64,000 nt of DNA from Magallana gigas. Lineage: Eukaryota. Below, piece after piece: positions 25,699-39,378 of the stretch. The translations under genes were made by a program, and so were the position numbers. Every line of letters begins with the position of its first letter. Position 1 is the first letter of the stretch. Location of the stretch: assembly GCF_963853765.1 (NCBI RefSeq), contig NC_088855.1, positions 36,704,001-36,768,000 on the forward strand, given 5' to 3'. A model generated the notes under the pieces. It saw nothing but the letters and a program-made list of their open reading frames with translations, ran no database searches and was not told where the DNA came from.

Positions 25699-28600
25699 CT
25701 GTATAATACAATACAAAGTGAAAAGTTCAGTGCATCCTGTCAACAACTGAAACTTGCCATTGTCCGCATAAAACCTGCACCACGACCAGGAACATAGGAC
25801 AATGATTCCATTGTTTACACTACTCTGATCCTTAATATAGCTACGTCCTTTATACCGGGTAATTATTAGAAAGCATTCCTTTGAAAGGTATTTAAACAGT
25901 AACACATTACATTCTTATATGTTTTGTCTCAGTTTCATTTTAATTTTTACAGTAAGTAAGTAAACCTTAAGAGGACTCGATGGTCTTGGCCATTTTTAGA
26001 CTATTTTGGTCTCCATTAGAAGAGCTCTATATGATTATAAGGGAAAATACCAAAATTTAAAGATAAAATATATCAAATTTTTCTTTATTAAGTAATAGCT
26101 TATAGCTTAACGAATCATGTCTTAAAATTTTAAGTAGATCTGTATGATATGGTTAGTTTTATTGACCATCCAGCTTCCTAATCAAGAATTATATTTAGAG
26201 GATGCATTTTCGTAATAAAAATTCTGGTGATGCTCTCAACATACAGCACACATATGACGAGTCAAATCTCATCAATGGATAAATACCTTAATTCGTATTA
26301 ATTTCAGTATTTCTCTAAAATATGCATTCCTGCCATTGTAATTTTTTAAAGGTATCCACTGGATTACCGAAAATGTGCCAAAACATTATATTCAATTTTC
26401 CACACATATACCAGTATATAATCAAATACTGCTGACCATAATCAAATGCTGCTGACCAACTGTAATTGCATGGCCTACAAGAAAAATTTCACAAGCTTCT
26501 CATGTAGGAACCTTAATATACCGGTACGGTAGTCAAGAATATCTCTTGCCATGAACAAGTCCTTTTATGTCTCGTGTATTACTTTACAAGTCACAAAAAA
26601 TCATTTAACGCAAAAAATGCTATCACTGCAGGTGAACCCAGATTACAAAGTCATCTCAAACAAAACTTACTTTACAGTATCTGTGAAATATGAAGCTAGA
26701 ATAACTTAATTACCCTAGAAATAAAGAATTTCTAAATACAGGACTAAAAGATTTCTCATTTTTTCTTTTAAAATAACTAAATAAATAACCAACTGACCTA
26801 TACAATAGCTGATGGTTTGGTTTTTCTTTCAAAATAGCCTTGCATATATCCTACACATATGGATTTTTTTTTTTTTGGTCTTATATTATAAAAGTATAAG
26901 TATTTATAAATAGATCAGCCTCATAAACTTTAAAATTCAATTCTCAGAAAAAAGATTGACGGCATCAAATTACATCAGGTAAAGCAGTCACGACTGAGAA
27001 ATAAAGATAAACATATCAGGCAAACGAAATATTAAAAACCAACAAATAAAAATCACATGATCAAATATACTTGCATTTTAGTCAAATTACCTTACTAGCA
27101 AATGTAAATTACCTAGTAAGCCTCCACAAATTTATAATTCCTTCAAAACTGCCAATCAATTCAAGAAGCTGCTGTGAAATCAATAGTCAATGCCAGTTCT
27201 TTATTGTTATATATACTCTATGTTGAAATCTCTTATTTCCCTGTGTGCCTCTTGCTCTTTAAATATAAAGCTACTGTACGGCCAACCAATCCTATTTTGA
27301 AATTTCATCGTCTTGACACTGAAATTGAACTGACTTCTTGCATCAACATTTCTAAAGTTAATTCATTCCTCTTGAATTAAATAAGCTTCAAATTTTTACC
27401 ATCAATCATAAACTATTTGCTTTAATTTATAACAGCTAAAGTGCCATGATGATGTTCACATTTATATTAAGTTATGATGTAATCATAAATTTAACATATT
27501 TACTTATCTACTTGCTGGAGTTGCTGCACTAGGTTTTTGTTTAGTGTTGCTTTTTTGAAGTGGGGTTTGATAAATTTTTCTTTCCTTCTTTTCTATTTTA
27601 GGGTGATTTTTTCCAAGATATGTTTTAAGCACAATCTGTAAGGATTCATTGGCATATATTTATAAATTTAAAGTACATGCACATACTGTATATCAAATGT
27701 TAATGTCCATGCTTCGATTTATTTGCTCTATACTTTTGTAACTAAGAATTGATTTCTTTGGCTTGTACATCATATCTTATTTTATCATGCATCTTATCTT
27801 TACCGTATTTCCTACTGTAATGAAATTAAACATCACCACCAATCCCCTAGCTGATTCACTAGGCGCATAATACAAAGCATGTGCACTCAGTGGAAAATTA
27901 AAGTTATCAATCACATGAAATGTAATTGTCCTCTTTATATAATGAAATAAACAGAACTTTAATCAGTACAGCATCACTTTTCAAATGAATTCATTTACTT
28001 ACAAATTCCTTAGAACTACATCATCTGTAACCTAAATTTAATATGGAGAGCTCTGCAACTCCAAATCAATACACATCAACCAATAGGTGCGTCTTCAGCA
28101 ATATTAAATTTTTTGTTTCTACGTCTTTCTTTTCTTCTTTTTATGATGCTATTAACCTCCTCCTCCTCCTCCTCTTCCAGTATTAGAGAAATGTCAATGT
28201 AATGTATGAACAATTACGTTGACAAAACAACTAAAGGGGAATTTATTTCTTTGTTTATATGAATAATTATACACAATTACTAATAATACATGCTGAAAAC
28301 AAAAAATCTCTGATGTCATATTGTTAAATCTTTGTGCCAGGGACAGACAGATATCAATTTACCAACTTCAACTAATTCCTGTGTGATGCAGGTATCAAAT
28401 AACTTTTTTTATTGATCCATACAGATTCTTTGCATGAAATTTACAACTAATTTAACTATTTGCTGTTCAGTATATTTCAATACTGCTCTAGTTTTATTTA
28501 CAACTGAAATAAAAATTGTCTTACCTTACAATATTTTAATGTACTACGATGTCTGGTACAATATTTACAATTTACAAGTTTATCCAACGGTCTCCCCACA

Positions 28601-31329
28601 TCATTTTGGTACAGTAATATGCATTACTGTATGTATGATTATATATACATGCATGTATATGTAACACTATAACCATTCCCCCCAGAAACTGATGCCTGGA
28701 TGTGCCCCAGGGAGTCCATTACCCAGTTCCCTGTAATTTGTCAGCTGTCAAGTCTGAGTATTACCATATCGGTACAAATGAAAGTAATCTAGTCCATTGT
28801 TTATGTGTGAAATATGATGAAAGAAGCTTACCAGTACACAAAAACCAGGACATCAAATATTCACCCCCCGCCTTCATATCATAACAAAAATCCCTACATT
28901 CTGGGAGGCAAGTCTTTTTTTTCTCCAGAATAACATTTATGTCTATAATATTACATATCTGATTCAGTCCTCTGATTGCATCCTTTTCATCAACGGTCAG
29001 TGACCTGTGATCTTAGAAAAATATACTGTCTGCAAAGGTAATGTCATTTTGAAAATTGTAAAATTCTATACATGTATCATGGACAAAAGTCAACTTCCCC
29101 GTTAAATGAACACCATAACCCAATTTATACTAGTCAAGTAAATACCCAACCATATTCTTATACCAATTTAATGATTGATACAGAGTAAGGGAGGGGAGTT
29201 GCATTTACAATGTAACTCCTATTTCATCTGGATCTCAGTTTTATTTTTGCCATTTCCTAATGAGAAACATACCATTTGTCTTCCTAAAAATTTAACTCAG
29301 ATAATTGAATAGAAAGAAAACCAGTTAACTTGTTACAATATAATATTTACTTCTTTTAATGTCATAATTGTATGGTTTAATAAATCAATAACATATTTCA
29401 ATTTGACTAATTTAAAAAATTTCAACAATTTTCTGAATTAAAAGGAACTAATATATCACCAACGTGCATGCAGTGAGAGTCTGGTATATTCTTTAGGCAT
29501 CAATGTTTCTTAATTTCAGACGTGCAAAATAGTTTTTTCATTTTTCAATATGAATGAAGTCAATCTAATACATTATAGGATCCAACTGATAAAATATTTT
29601 GACCTCTCTAGCAAAGCCTATATAAAAATTTAATCAAATAACAATCTTAGATTCTCCATTGGTATGTCTATAGTGTAAGGTAATGATAAATCTTTTCAAA
29701 TTATTATTGGTGGTAAAAATCTGCATATACTGCATAATTTATTTTTTTTTCACTTTAAATTTATTCATGATTGACCAATTAAGAAATCGATTGCTTGTAT
29801 AACTTTAACGTTATGTGTTTGCATGTGCACTTTAGTCAAGAACTAAAAATAAGAGAAACGTAAGTTGATGGCACATTTTTTCATAGATAACATATATTCC
29901 TATCATTACCACAAAAACTGAACTGTCGATATCATTATTTCTGTACGTGCATGAATACACAGGATCTGAAGTAATATAAACATCTCTTAAGTCTGGTATA
30001 AAGTAAAAATTCCTCCATCAACAAGCTAAAGTTCAAAGATTCAAGCACAATATGTGGCAAAGACATCAGGATTAACATGCCCCATAATCATCCATATGTT
30101 TATGCGATTCCAAAACAACTATAACTCAATTCAAACCACCCTTGGCATTACCATCAGCCAAGAGCTAAGGAAATCATTAATGGTTGCAGTTCATTAATCT
30201 GATTTTGTATAAAAATATTGTTTTGGAAAGATATTTCCAAAGTAAGTGGTGTATCAAAATACATAGGGATGCTGAACATTGAAATAATGCCAGATCCTTT
30301 CTATTTTTAGCATCAAACAAAGTTTCCCAACCCCCTGAACTGTCATGTCCACATTTCAGTGTACCGGGCTTATGCAAGTTCAAGGTCAGACGAAACCTCT
30401 GTTTTATAAAAAATGCCAATCAAAAACAACAAACTAATGTCAACATATCTTGTAAACATAAACATGCATTCAATACTACAATGTTTATATTTTTTTCAGT
30501 CTTACGGTGCTCATGAAAATGGAAAAATAAATACAACTGTATCCAATATATTCATATGACATGTTTGTATCTCTACCTACAACTTGTAGGTACATGTATG
30601 GCTATCGTTAGCTAATAAAAACTTTGGTAAGGAATAATTTTTAAAAATTTGATGAGAGACTGATTCGCCAAGAAGTTTTTGATCTTCTGAGAGGTTTATA
30701 ATATCCAAACTGTAGGGTTAATGTTACAAGACTGAACTTTCTAAAGTGAATTATTTGGAAGATAATTAAATGACGAAGATTTAACAATTGATGTTACATT
30801 GTATTTAATCACTAAACTATCAGTATGTCAATTTGCCCTGCAAAAGCACACACGTTAGTATTAAAAGATGAATGGGTGTTAAAAGTCCAAATAGGCAAAA
30901 ATCTATATATTCTGGGCAATGATGGATTATTATGTTGCCATATAGTTCACACCTCAAAATAAAGACAAAAGGGGTTTTTTTTTTCGGAAAAAACACATTG
31001 TAATGATCTAATGATACAATAACAAAATGTACAAATCTATTGAAAAAATATAAAAAAGACTGAATACATACAATTTGCTGTCCATGGCACATTTCCTCTC
31101 ACTATCTTCTTTACTTCTGCACAGAATCAGCTCACGGCACATTTTACAGTTCAATCAAGTTTTTCACCGTTTGAAATCGACTCCGTAGTCACTTAAAAGA
31201 ATTATCAATTACAAACAATTAATATGCATGAACAAACTTATTTTAACTTTTAATTTTGTTGTTTATGTGCATGCAATCACCATAATCACCAGAGCTCATC
31301 CAAAACATTTCTGTTTCTTACTATGTGAC

Positions 31330-31589
31330 CATTTTGCAGATCTAGAAGGGGGGGGGGGGGGGGGGGGCGGACCTCTCCCTCCCTGCAAATTCAAATTTCT
31401 TTAAATTTACATTATGAAACTAACCCCCCCTCCCCCTATTCTCTTTTGAGAAGTGGACTGGCATAGCCTACATCCATGGATGTAGGCTATGCCTGTCCAC
31501 TTCTCAAAAGAAATACCCCCCCCCCCCCGGAAAACATAAATAACCGTCAGACCCCATCCCCCTGGAAAAATTTTTTTGATCCGCGCATG
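31330..31589. mobile_element. Short G/C-tract non-autonomous element ending GATCCGCGCATG, with a nested palindromic insertion
   Basis: GCAGATCTAGAAGGGGG... left end and GGAAAAATTTTTTTGATCCGCGCATG right end; interrupted at 31439-31513. Confidence 0.65.
31439..31513. mobile_element. TA-flanked spacerless palindromic mini-element
   Basis: 68-bp palindrome at 31443-31510 (cttttgagaagtggac...catcca|tggatg...gtccacttctcaaaag), one T-T mismatch; TA at 31437-38 and 31514-15. Confidence 0.8.
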
Positions 31590-31707
31590 TGCTCGCATCT
31601 ATTGTCTTCCTAGTACAGAATAAAGTGGTCACATAGTAAGAATACAAAAAGTTCGTGACAACCCCCTGTAACGTGTAACAACTAAAAAAACATCCACAAG
31701 GGCCTAC

Positions 31708-31920
31708 CTTGAACTAAATTCGAGCAATTCATATTACAAATTCATTTATAGATATGCAACAGTACACAAAAAAGAATCTAATTGAGCACAGTGTACAGGT
31801 CCAGTGATGTCAGGGATTATCATCTTAGCCTACTCGAATGTGCTGCAATCGAATCCACCCGCCATGCAGCAGCAGCATCAGTGTAAATTCTGAAAATTCC
31901 TTCTATTCGGATACTTCCGG
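31708..31920 (-). promoter_or_regulatory. Candidate distal promoter and first exon of SLC7A9
   Basis: ETS-type CCGGAAGT at 31920-31913, locally GC-richer, donor AAG|GTAGGC at 31708/31707; no other gene seen between here and 14612. Confidence 0.5.
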
Positions 31921-32417
31921 AAAAATTACGAATTTAAATAAAATGAAAAATATCTTAGTGTAGACTTTTAAATCATACGTGAATATTAGCAAACTTATAT
32001 TTACTTTATTTATTATCTATATCACGACAGAAGATAACAGGAAACAGACTTGTGACAGAAAATGCAGGGGTGGCAGGGAGGGAGGGGGGGGGGGGGTTTA
32101 AGAACATATTTATCTTTATATTTGTAAATACATGTAAAACCGTGAAGGTAATGATTTGAACAAACTGATTTTTTTTTATTAAGGACCTGTATACATGTAT
32201 ATGACAATAGTAAGTTTATACTATAAATCTCTTTTTCTATTTGTTAAGCTGAAGAATATCATGGCATGTATGTACACATCAATCATATCCCCGAAATATA
32301 TTTGTATGTTGAAGAGGTCTGTACATAGTGTTATACTTGATGAACAAAATAACTGATATGCTCTGTCCGTGGGTGTTCGGATGTTATTACTTGTTTGTAC
32401 ATGTAAATCACATTCTA

Positions 32418-34445
32418 CGGCCGTTGTAACGAAGAATTTTGACCCAGGTTGAAAATTGACCCGGGGGTCATTTTTCCACGTTGAATATTGAGACCAAAAT
32501 TGTTGAATAAAGACCCTAATCCGTTGAAAATTGACCCGCAACGTGGAATTTTGATCATGGAAACGGTTCAAAATTCAACACCAAAGAAGCGCAAATTGAC
32601 GAATCAATGTTTTTAACTTGAGTTTATCCAATTTAAAATTATCTGTTTTTACTTATTTATTCTGTAGATTTACATGTTAACATGTTCTAACTGGGGGGGG
32701 GTTGTTAAATATGTAATAACTATTTTATTCATAATAAACTTTTCGCATATAATTGCTGTTTTGTGTGATATCCATATATTAAAAAAAATATGATTTAAAA
32801 AAATAATTGTATACATGGTTACACCTTAAACAATTAAATTCAGTAAAACTCCTTTAATTTTTAATTCGCTGAAGAAGTGTACAAATATAATTAATTTTAA
32901 AAAATTACAATACGTCATATTGTTTAATTTTGGTTTTACATTCACCCAGTAAATTGAAACTCTGATATTGTTCGTTGTGAATTTTCTGGGTGGGTATATA
33001 TACACAATTTACAGTATGAGAAGTTTGACACCAGGGAAACTGTCAATATTTGATACAGCATAATTTACAAGAATGATGATATACACAGATTTTACCTTAA
33101 TTAATATTGGATTAACCAAGTTGATAAAAATAAAACAACTTCTTAAAGTTTTAAAAACTTGTTATCTAATCTATTAAATTCAATTTATTTAATGTATTCA
33201 TATATTTTACGGATGAAATGTTTTGTAATTGTGTTAGCTACATGACATATATAATCAGTCTCTGTATACTTCTGTGTTTTTTGGCGATATAGTCCAACCT
33301 TTTGACCCGATTACAACCGTTTTCTAGTGGATCATTTAAGATAAATGTAGGCAAACGGTTTAATGATTTTTTTTTTGGCATTAATTTGGCAGAGTTATTA
33401 ACTACTTACAAGTTGCCAACCAATTGTAATATCAACACTAAAAGTTATAAACAATGGTTGTAATTTTTAATGCACAGTATACCCATATAAGATAAGACAC
33501 TCGATTAATCACAACAATCATGGTTAACTGAGGCTGTGGAAACGTCTTTTGAATAAAATGACTATCATTTTCATGTCTCTGGGATAAATTTATACGATCG
33601 TGAACTCTAAATACAGGGCGACTTCAACTCTTTCGGAGTAAATTCCGGCGAAGTTACATGTACCGATCATAAAGCAAGTATTTCGCCAAAGTTGATGATC
33701 GAGACTATCAAGATGATTGTAAAACGAAAACGTTCTTCAATAAAGTCAGGTTTCTGGTTTCTTTAAAAAAAAAATCTTTTCAATGTGTTAAAAAAAACCA
33801 ATTCAGTCGGCGGGATTTCATTGGGTCGGTCACGAAAGGGAAAACATAGATATTTTTAATTTTGGCCTAAGGACAATATATTTGTTAGACATATTTATCA
33901 GAGATTATGACAAGTTTAAACTTTAAATTCTGTCACACGGGGAATGAAAATCAGTTCTATGTCAAACAGTATTCTAGCCCAACTCGCCTGTTTCATTCCA
34001 AAGCAAACGGTCATCTTCTTAGCTTTATTTACGTATTGTGATAATAAATGGATATCATATTACCAGTCTCAAGATTAAATGATTAATCGGACATATCAAC
34101 CTAAAAAGATACCAGCCACGTCCACATAGGTATCGGACAGTATGAAAATTTTAAAACTGAAACTTTCAAATATATGCATGATCAAACCGTATAGAGTAAG
34201 TTACAGTTTAAATCAAAACTCTGAGGTTGGGGTCAATTCTCAACAGGATCAATTGTCAACGTGTCGTGGTCACCAGAGTTTAGAAAAATCTTTCTCATAA
34301 CGTTGAAAAATGACCCATGGTATAAATTTCACGATTTTGGTCTCAATTTTCAACGTTGAAAAATGACCCCCCGGGTCAATATTCAACGTTGAAAAAAGAC
34401 CCCCGGGTCAATTTTCAACCCGGGTCAATATTCTTCGTTACACCG
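32418..34445. mobile_element. About 2-kb non-autonomous DNA transposon with long TIRs made of tandem palindromic subrepeats, TA-flanked
   Basis: Left TA|CGG(CCGT)TGTAACGAAGAATTTTGACCCAGGTTGAAAATTGACCCGGGGGTC; right GACCCCCGGGTCAATTTTCAACCCGGGTCAATATTCTTCGTTACACCG|TA. No transposase ORF inside. Confidence 0.8.
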
Positions 34446-35880
34446 TAAAGTGTTCTGTTAACTAGATTCTAACCTGATTCTAGTAGTACAAAGATCAAAG
34501 ACCAAAGTCATTTTTAAGAGAAAACATCTTCAAATGATTTTTTTTTATTGTTATAGACTACCTAGACCTTAGATCTAATTCTTGAAATACATGTGTAACG
34601 AAAAGAAAGGTCAGTTATCTCATTAAAGGCCATTTCGTGTCTTTAAGCAATTTGTGTAAATTTTCTGAGTTTATAAACAATTTTCTTTGATGTTTAGTGC
34701 AGGTATGAAGGTATCAAACATTGCAGGATAAAAAAAAATCATTACTCGTGTAAGGATAGTTTGAATCATTAATGGCGGGAAACCTGAGTTTATATTGATA
34801 TACGTCATCTTTTACACGAAGAAACTGACAATAATGAAAAAAAAATCAGCAACACTTTAAAGTGAAAATATTTCTGGCAAATGAGACCCATGTCATTTTA
34901 TTTTTCGATCACAGTTCTTCTAAATTAAACCCAATACAACTATACTTTAATCAGTTTCGTTTCTGAAGAATACAGTGTCATTGTATGTTCTTAAATTTCA
35001 TGAGTCTGACTTCTAGTACCCAGGTTTATATTTGATTTTATACACTTACACTCACGTCAATAAAATAAGTTTGGACATAACTATGTGTTATAAAGTTAAA
35101 TTGAAGTATACTTTATATCAAGAACAATACAATGCACCCCCCCCCCCATCCAAATTGGATTGGATCCGTTTCTTAAGGAAGTGTACAAAAATTTGCAGCG
35201 CATAAAATATTCGTTTACTAGTATGCCGACGAATAACTGTGACAACAAACCCATCACTCCCCTCTCCACCCTCCAACTCTAATTACCAAGTGAGAAAGAA
35301 ATACCCTTTTACGCAAGGACCCTCAATTTATATATTTACCTAAAAATTTACCTAAAAAAATGAATACGTCATCTTCCCCTGTGTCCATTACCAAACAAAC
35401 ATTTGGTGATATGAGATACATATGCATGTTTTGCAATTGCAATGAATCAGAACAGCGTTTTGGTCCAAATATCGCTATTTGTTAGAATGTGTCGAAACGT
35501 TAACTAAGTAATGGGTACATGTTACATATAGTAATATAGTGACCCAGAGAATGATTAATTCTATTTAGAACGTTGACCACTACGTACCGACTTAGTGCTC
35601 AACTACAACTAGGAATTCTAGCAACTGAAATATTTGGCATTATGAAACTAGTATCATTACAAAACTCCAAAAACCATGCCTTCATACACGTGAATGGCCT
35701 GGGGTCCTTCTTAGGGTTGTGTTTGGGGGAGGGTTTGGGGGGAGTTGGTTAAGGTAATGTAACTTAAGGAAATGCTAGAAATTAATCAACTGATCTTGGA
35801 TACGGCGTTAAAATAAATAATGGTTAGAATTTCTGCATGTCTAGTCGACCTCATCCCCCAAGAGCTCCCCCGGGTAGATA

Positions 35881-35888
35881 CATAAATA
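35881..35888 (+). promoter_or_regulatory. TATA-like box (CATAAATA) of the ApoD-like gene
   Basis: About 47 nt upstream of ATG 35935. Confidence 0.45.
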
Positions 35889-35934
35889 GCCACATGTTTG
35901 GGGATATCTTTGTGAATTTGTTCTTGCTTCAACC

Positions 35935-37602
35935 ATGATGTTCCTAGTGATCGCCGCCTCTCTCTTCGCTGTGTCCCAGGCCCAAGTGTTCGGAGGACTT
36001 GGTTGTCCCACCACCAACACTGTGGCCAACTTCAACCTGACCAGGGTAAGACTCTTATTTCGTGTCTTATAATTATTTTCTTATTGTTACAATTTTCTTC
36101 ATTTGAAACACAAACCATGATTTCAAGACAAGAGTTTTAGAAAGTTGCACGCTGTTTTTAATCAAAATGCGCTGCCGCTTGTTACATGTTCATTGTTTGT
36201 CTTTGTTTTTATAGTATCTTGGAACATGGTATGAAATTTACAAATTTAAAGCCAATTTCGAGAACAATCAGAAATGTATCCAGGCCAACTATCAACTGAA
36301 AGCCGACGGACACATCCGAGTAAACAACACCGGAATTTCTATAAGGTACGTCTAATAAATTATCTATGTAGGTCCCTGACCAGACTATTGACCTATATTA
36401 ATATATGCAGAACATGTATCCGACAGCTGGAATAACATTACATGAAACTATATGATATATTTCAAAATTGCCAACGTTGTCAAAATGAGTTCATCTTTTT
36501 CCTCTGTCTTGTGTATAGTGACGGAATGCCCAGTACGGCCATAGGAGACATCTACATTCCTGACGTCAACGACGGGTCCAAACTGAAGGTCAAATTCGCT
36601 TCCGGTAAGATTTTGCATGTACGCTAGAGATGTGCAAAATATAGCTACTGTCCTGAAGATAACTACAATTTGAAGTTTAAAACCAGTTTGAATATATTTT
36701 ACTTTCAAATTTATAAAAGAATTTTAGGGGGCGTTTGAATAGTGATTATTTAAGCTAAAAAATTTGATTGCAATGAAGAAAAGAGATTTTTAATTTTTCT
36801 GAATTTGCAGTGTAAAACAATCACGCTTCTTTTCGAAATCAAATATTAACATCTTCTTTTTAAAAATCTTTTAAAAAAATCGATTGTATTCATAGAGCGA
36901 CAGGCATTAAACGAATGATGAGATTCCATAACATATACATGTCTGCGACCCCTATTGACAAAATAAACTACAGAAAAATATACCATGATTTTGAGTAAAT
37001 AGAATTTGAATTTTCTCATTAATGTCAATAAGTTTGAATCTTTTTTGTTACTGGAAAATTGTCGATATATCTATGATTCTTTAGATTTGATAACAGCAAA
37101 TTGAAACTTGTGAAGTGAATAAATATGTATAGAATATAACTATGGACGAAACAGATGATATATGCATTTAACGAAATATAAAGACCAAACATGACCTCTC
37201 TACACTTGTACATAGGGCAAACCCCTAATTTATATATCCCTATGTGTATCACCAAGGAGAGCATTTTATTGTTTAGTTGCTCTATTGGTATATGCTATTT
37301 TCTAGAAGAGATATAGTTTTAAACTATCAAACAACTTGTTTTGTTAGATGTCATCAGTCAGGATTTTGTATTTTGCAGCTGCACCTTATGGAAACTACTG
37401 GGTTTTAGACACAGATTATGAACACTACACACTCATCTATTCCTGTACCAGCATTCTTGGAATCAGCCATTTTGAATTTGGGTGGATATTGGCGCGAACA
37501 AGAACCATTCCCGATGCAACGACCCAAAAACTGTTCGGTATCATGGAAAATTTCCATATCAACAGCCACCATTTTATGAAGACTGACCAAACCGGCTGTT
37601 AA
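35935..37602 (+). CDS. APOD: Apolipoprotein D-like lipocalin, 4 exons, 183 aa
   Basis: Exons 35935-36045, 36215-36345, 36519-36604, 37379-37602 (552 nt, in frame). Signal peptide MMFLVIAASLFAVSQA; lipocalin SCR1 YLGTWYEI, SCR2 YWVLDTDYEHY, SCR3 WILAR; N-glycosylation sequon NLT; terminal Cys. Confidence 0.92.
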
Positions 37603-39365
37603 ATCCATTCCTTTGTTATGTCGTATTATCATCATCTTTGTGTACATGCTTTGACTGTTACTGCTATTTCTGTTGAGTGCTTTATGGTTATACTTGTTAT
37701 TTTATATAAAATTATGAAAATAAGATAAAAGGTTTGTTGACTTTGTTCTTCTTGGGCCAAAAAATTGGGTTAGATCTAATTTGCACGGTACTTTTTAGAT
37801 GTTACATATATATTAATTTATTTAAGAAGCTGGAACGAGAAGGCGATTAAGAAATTAAATGAAGTCTATTATTGCAACAAAGTGCGAAGTAAAAGTAAGT
37901 GTAAGAAAACAAGAAAAAGTTGTAAAACTGATCAATCTTTAAGAAAACAAAAACAACTTAATTAGGACTCACGACCAAAGTAACTGAATCAGATGTTCAG
38001 TTTTACGTAGTAAAATATTCAATGTATCAGCTCGATGCCGTTTAAACATAAATGACCAACTTGTATACAAATCTTGTGTGTTAGGATAATTTCGTACTTT
38101 TTTGGGGGGGGGGGGGGGGTGGGGGTGGTTAAACGCAGCACCACTAGGCTACCACACACTAGAACAACAATTTAGTCCAATTTTTGAACAATGCAGTACA
38201 GATAGGCAAACTTTTTCCTTTTTAGTGTCTGATATAAACCAAATGCAAAACGGTTCAGTTTCAGTAACAAGAATTAATGCAGTCTTGGAAATCGGCGTGG
38301 CACTTGTCATAGCAGTGTTTCTGGTTGATGATTTCTAAGGTGCCATGACACCCGCCGACACGCAGTACAGTTAAGGCGGTCAATAAAAATACGGGCAAAT
38401 TTTTGTGATGAAAACACGTATACTTTAGTTAAACTGGCATGTCCTTTTTAAAATCAATAACAGTCACTCAAATGCAATATATTTCTAAAATATATATATA
38501 ACAGTACAATATTTTATGTTCATAGTGGTCACGTGATATGGCAGTCGCATGGTACAAGCAGATGTATTTGTGGTTTTGAGGTCATTTAAAAAATTCAATA
38601 TTGCAAGGGCATAATCATGCCAAAATTCACAACTGAATTATGAAATAACTTGATGTTATATCGTAGATTTTGAAAAACGGTGCGAACTTTTTAAGATAAG
38701 AATATTTGTTAGTAGAAACCGTAATTTATAATGCATATGTTGAATAATTTTGAAGGTCACGGGGTTAATTTCATTAAAAAATAATTAATTTGTAAGATTT
38801 TACAAGGATCGTAGAAGTTTTTAAGTTACATAGCATATTTCAAATTCACATGTAAAAGTTTGTCGGGATCAGGTAAGTGTATGCCCTTGCAATTAAGTGA
38901 TTTATTTAGGTACTCAGATTTTAGATATACGATATTTTATACAAAACCGAGGTGGCTTCTTTATACGATGCATACTTTTAACAAAATGAAAATAAGACTA
39001 TATAGGTAGCATTCTACTAATAATAATTTTAAACAAAATATTCATTTATACTTTTCCGTTAATGTATGACATTTATTTTTCTTCACTATAAAACTGCACG
39101 ATAGCCTTCAATGATTTAACTTAATGCGTCATTTTGAAGCATATGACGTCATATTTTGTAGTACAGCGAGAAAGACATCTCGCTTATTTTTCAGTGTGTA
39201 CGATATAACGGACATCAAAATTGTAAGTAATAGCAATTGTTGTTTTTAATTAAAAGATTAGTATAAGTTAATTTTACTAATAAATAGATTAATAAGTACT
39301 TTCGAGGTTTGTAATATACTGTGATGTCATAATGCACATTTCCCGTACTTTTTGTCTGAACGGAG

Positions 39366-39371
39366 TTTATT
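39366..39371 (-). terminator. Poly(A) signal just after the stop of the Cys-rich peptide gene
   Basis: TAA-ggctgtc-AATAAA on the - strand. Confidence 0.5.
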
Positions 39372-39378
39372 GACAGCC

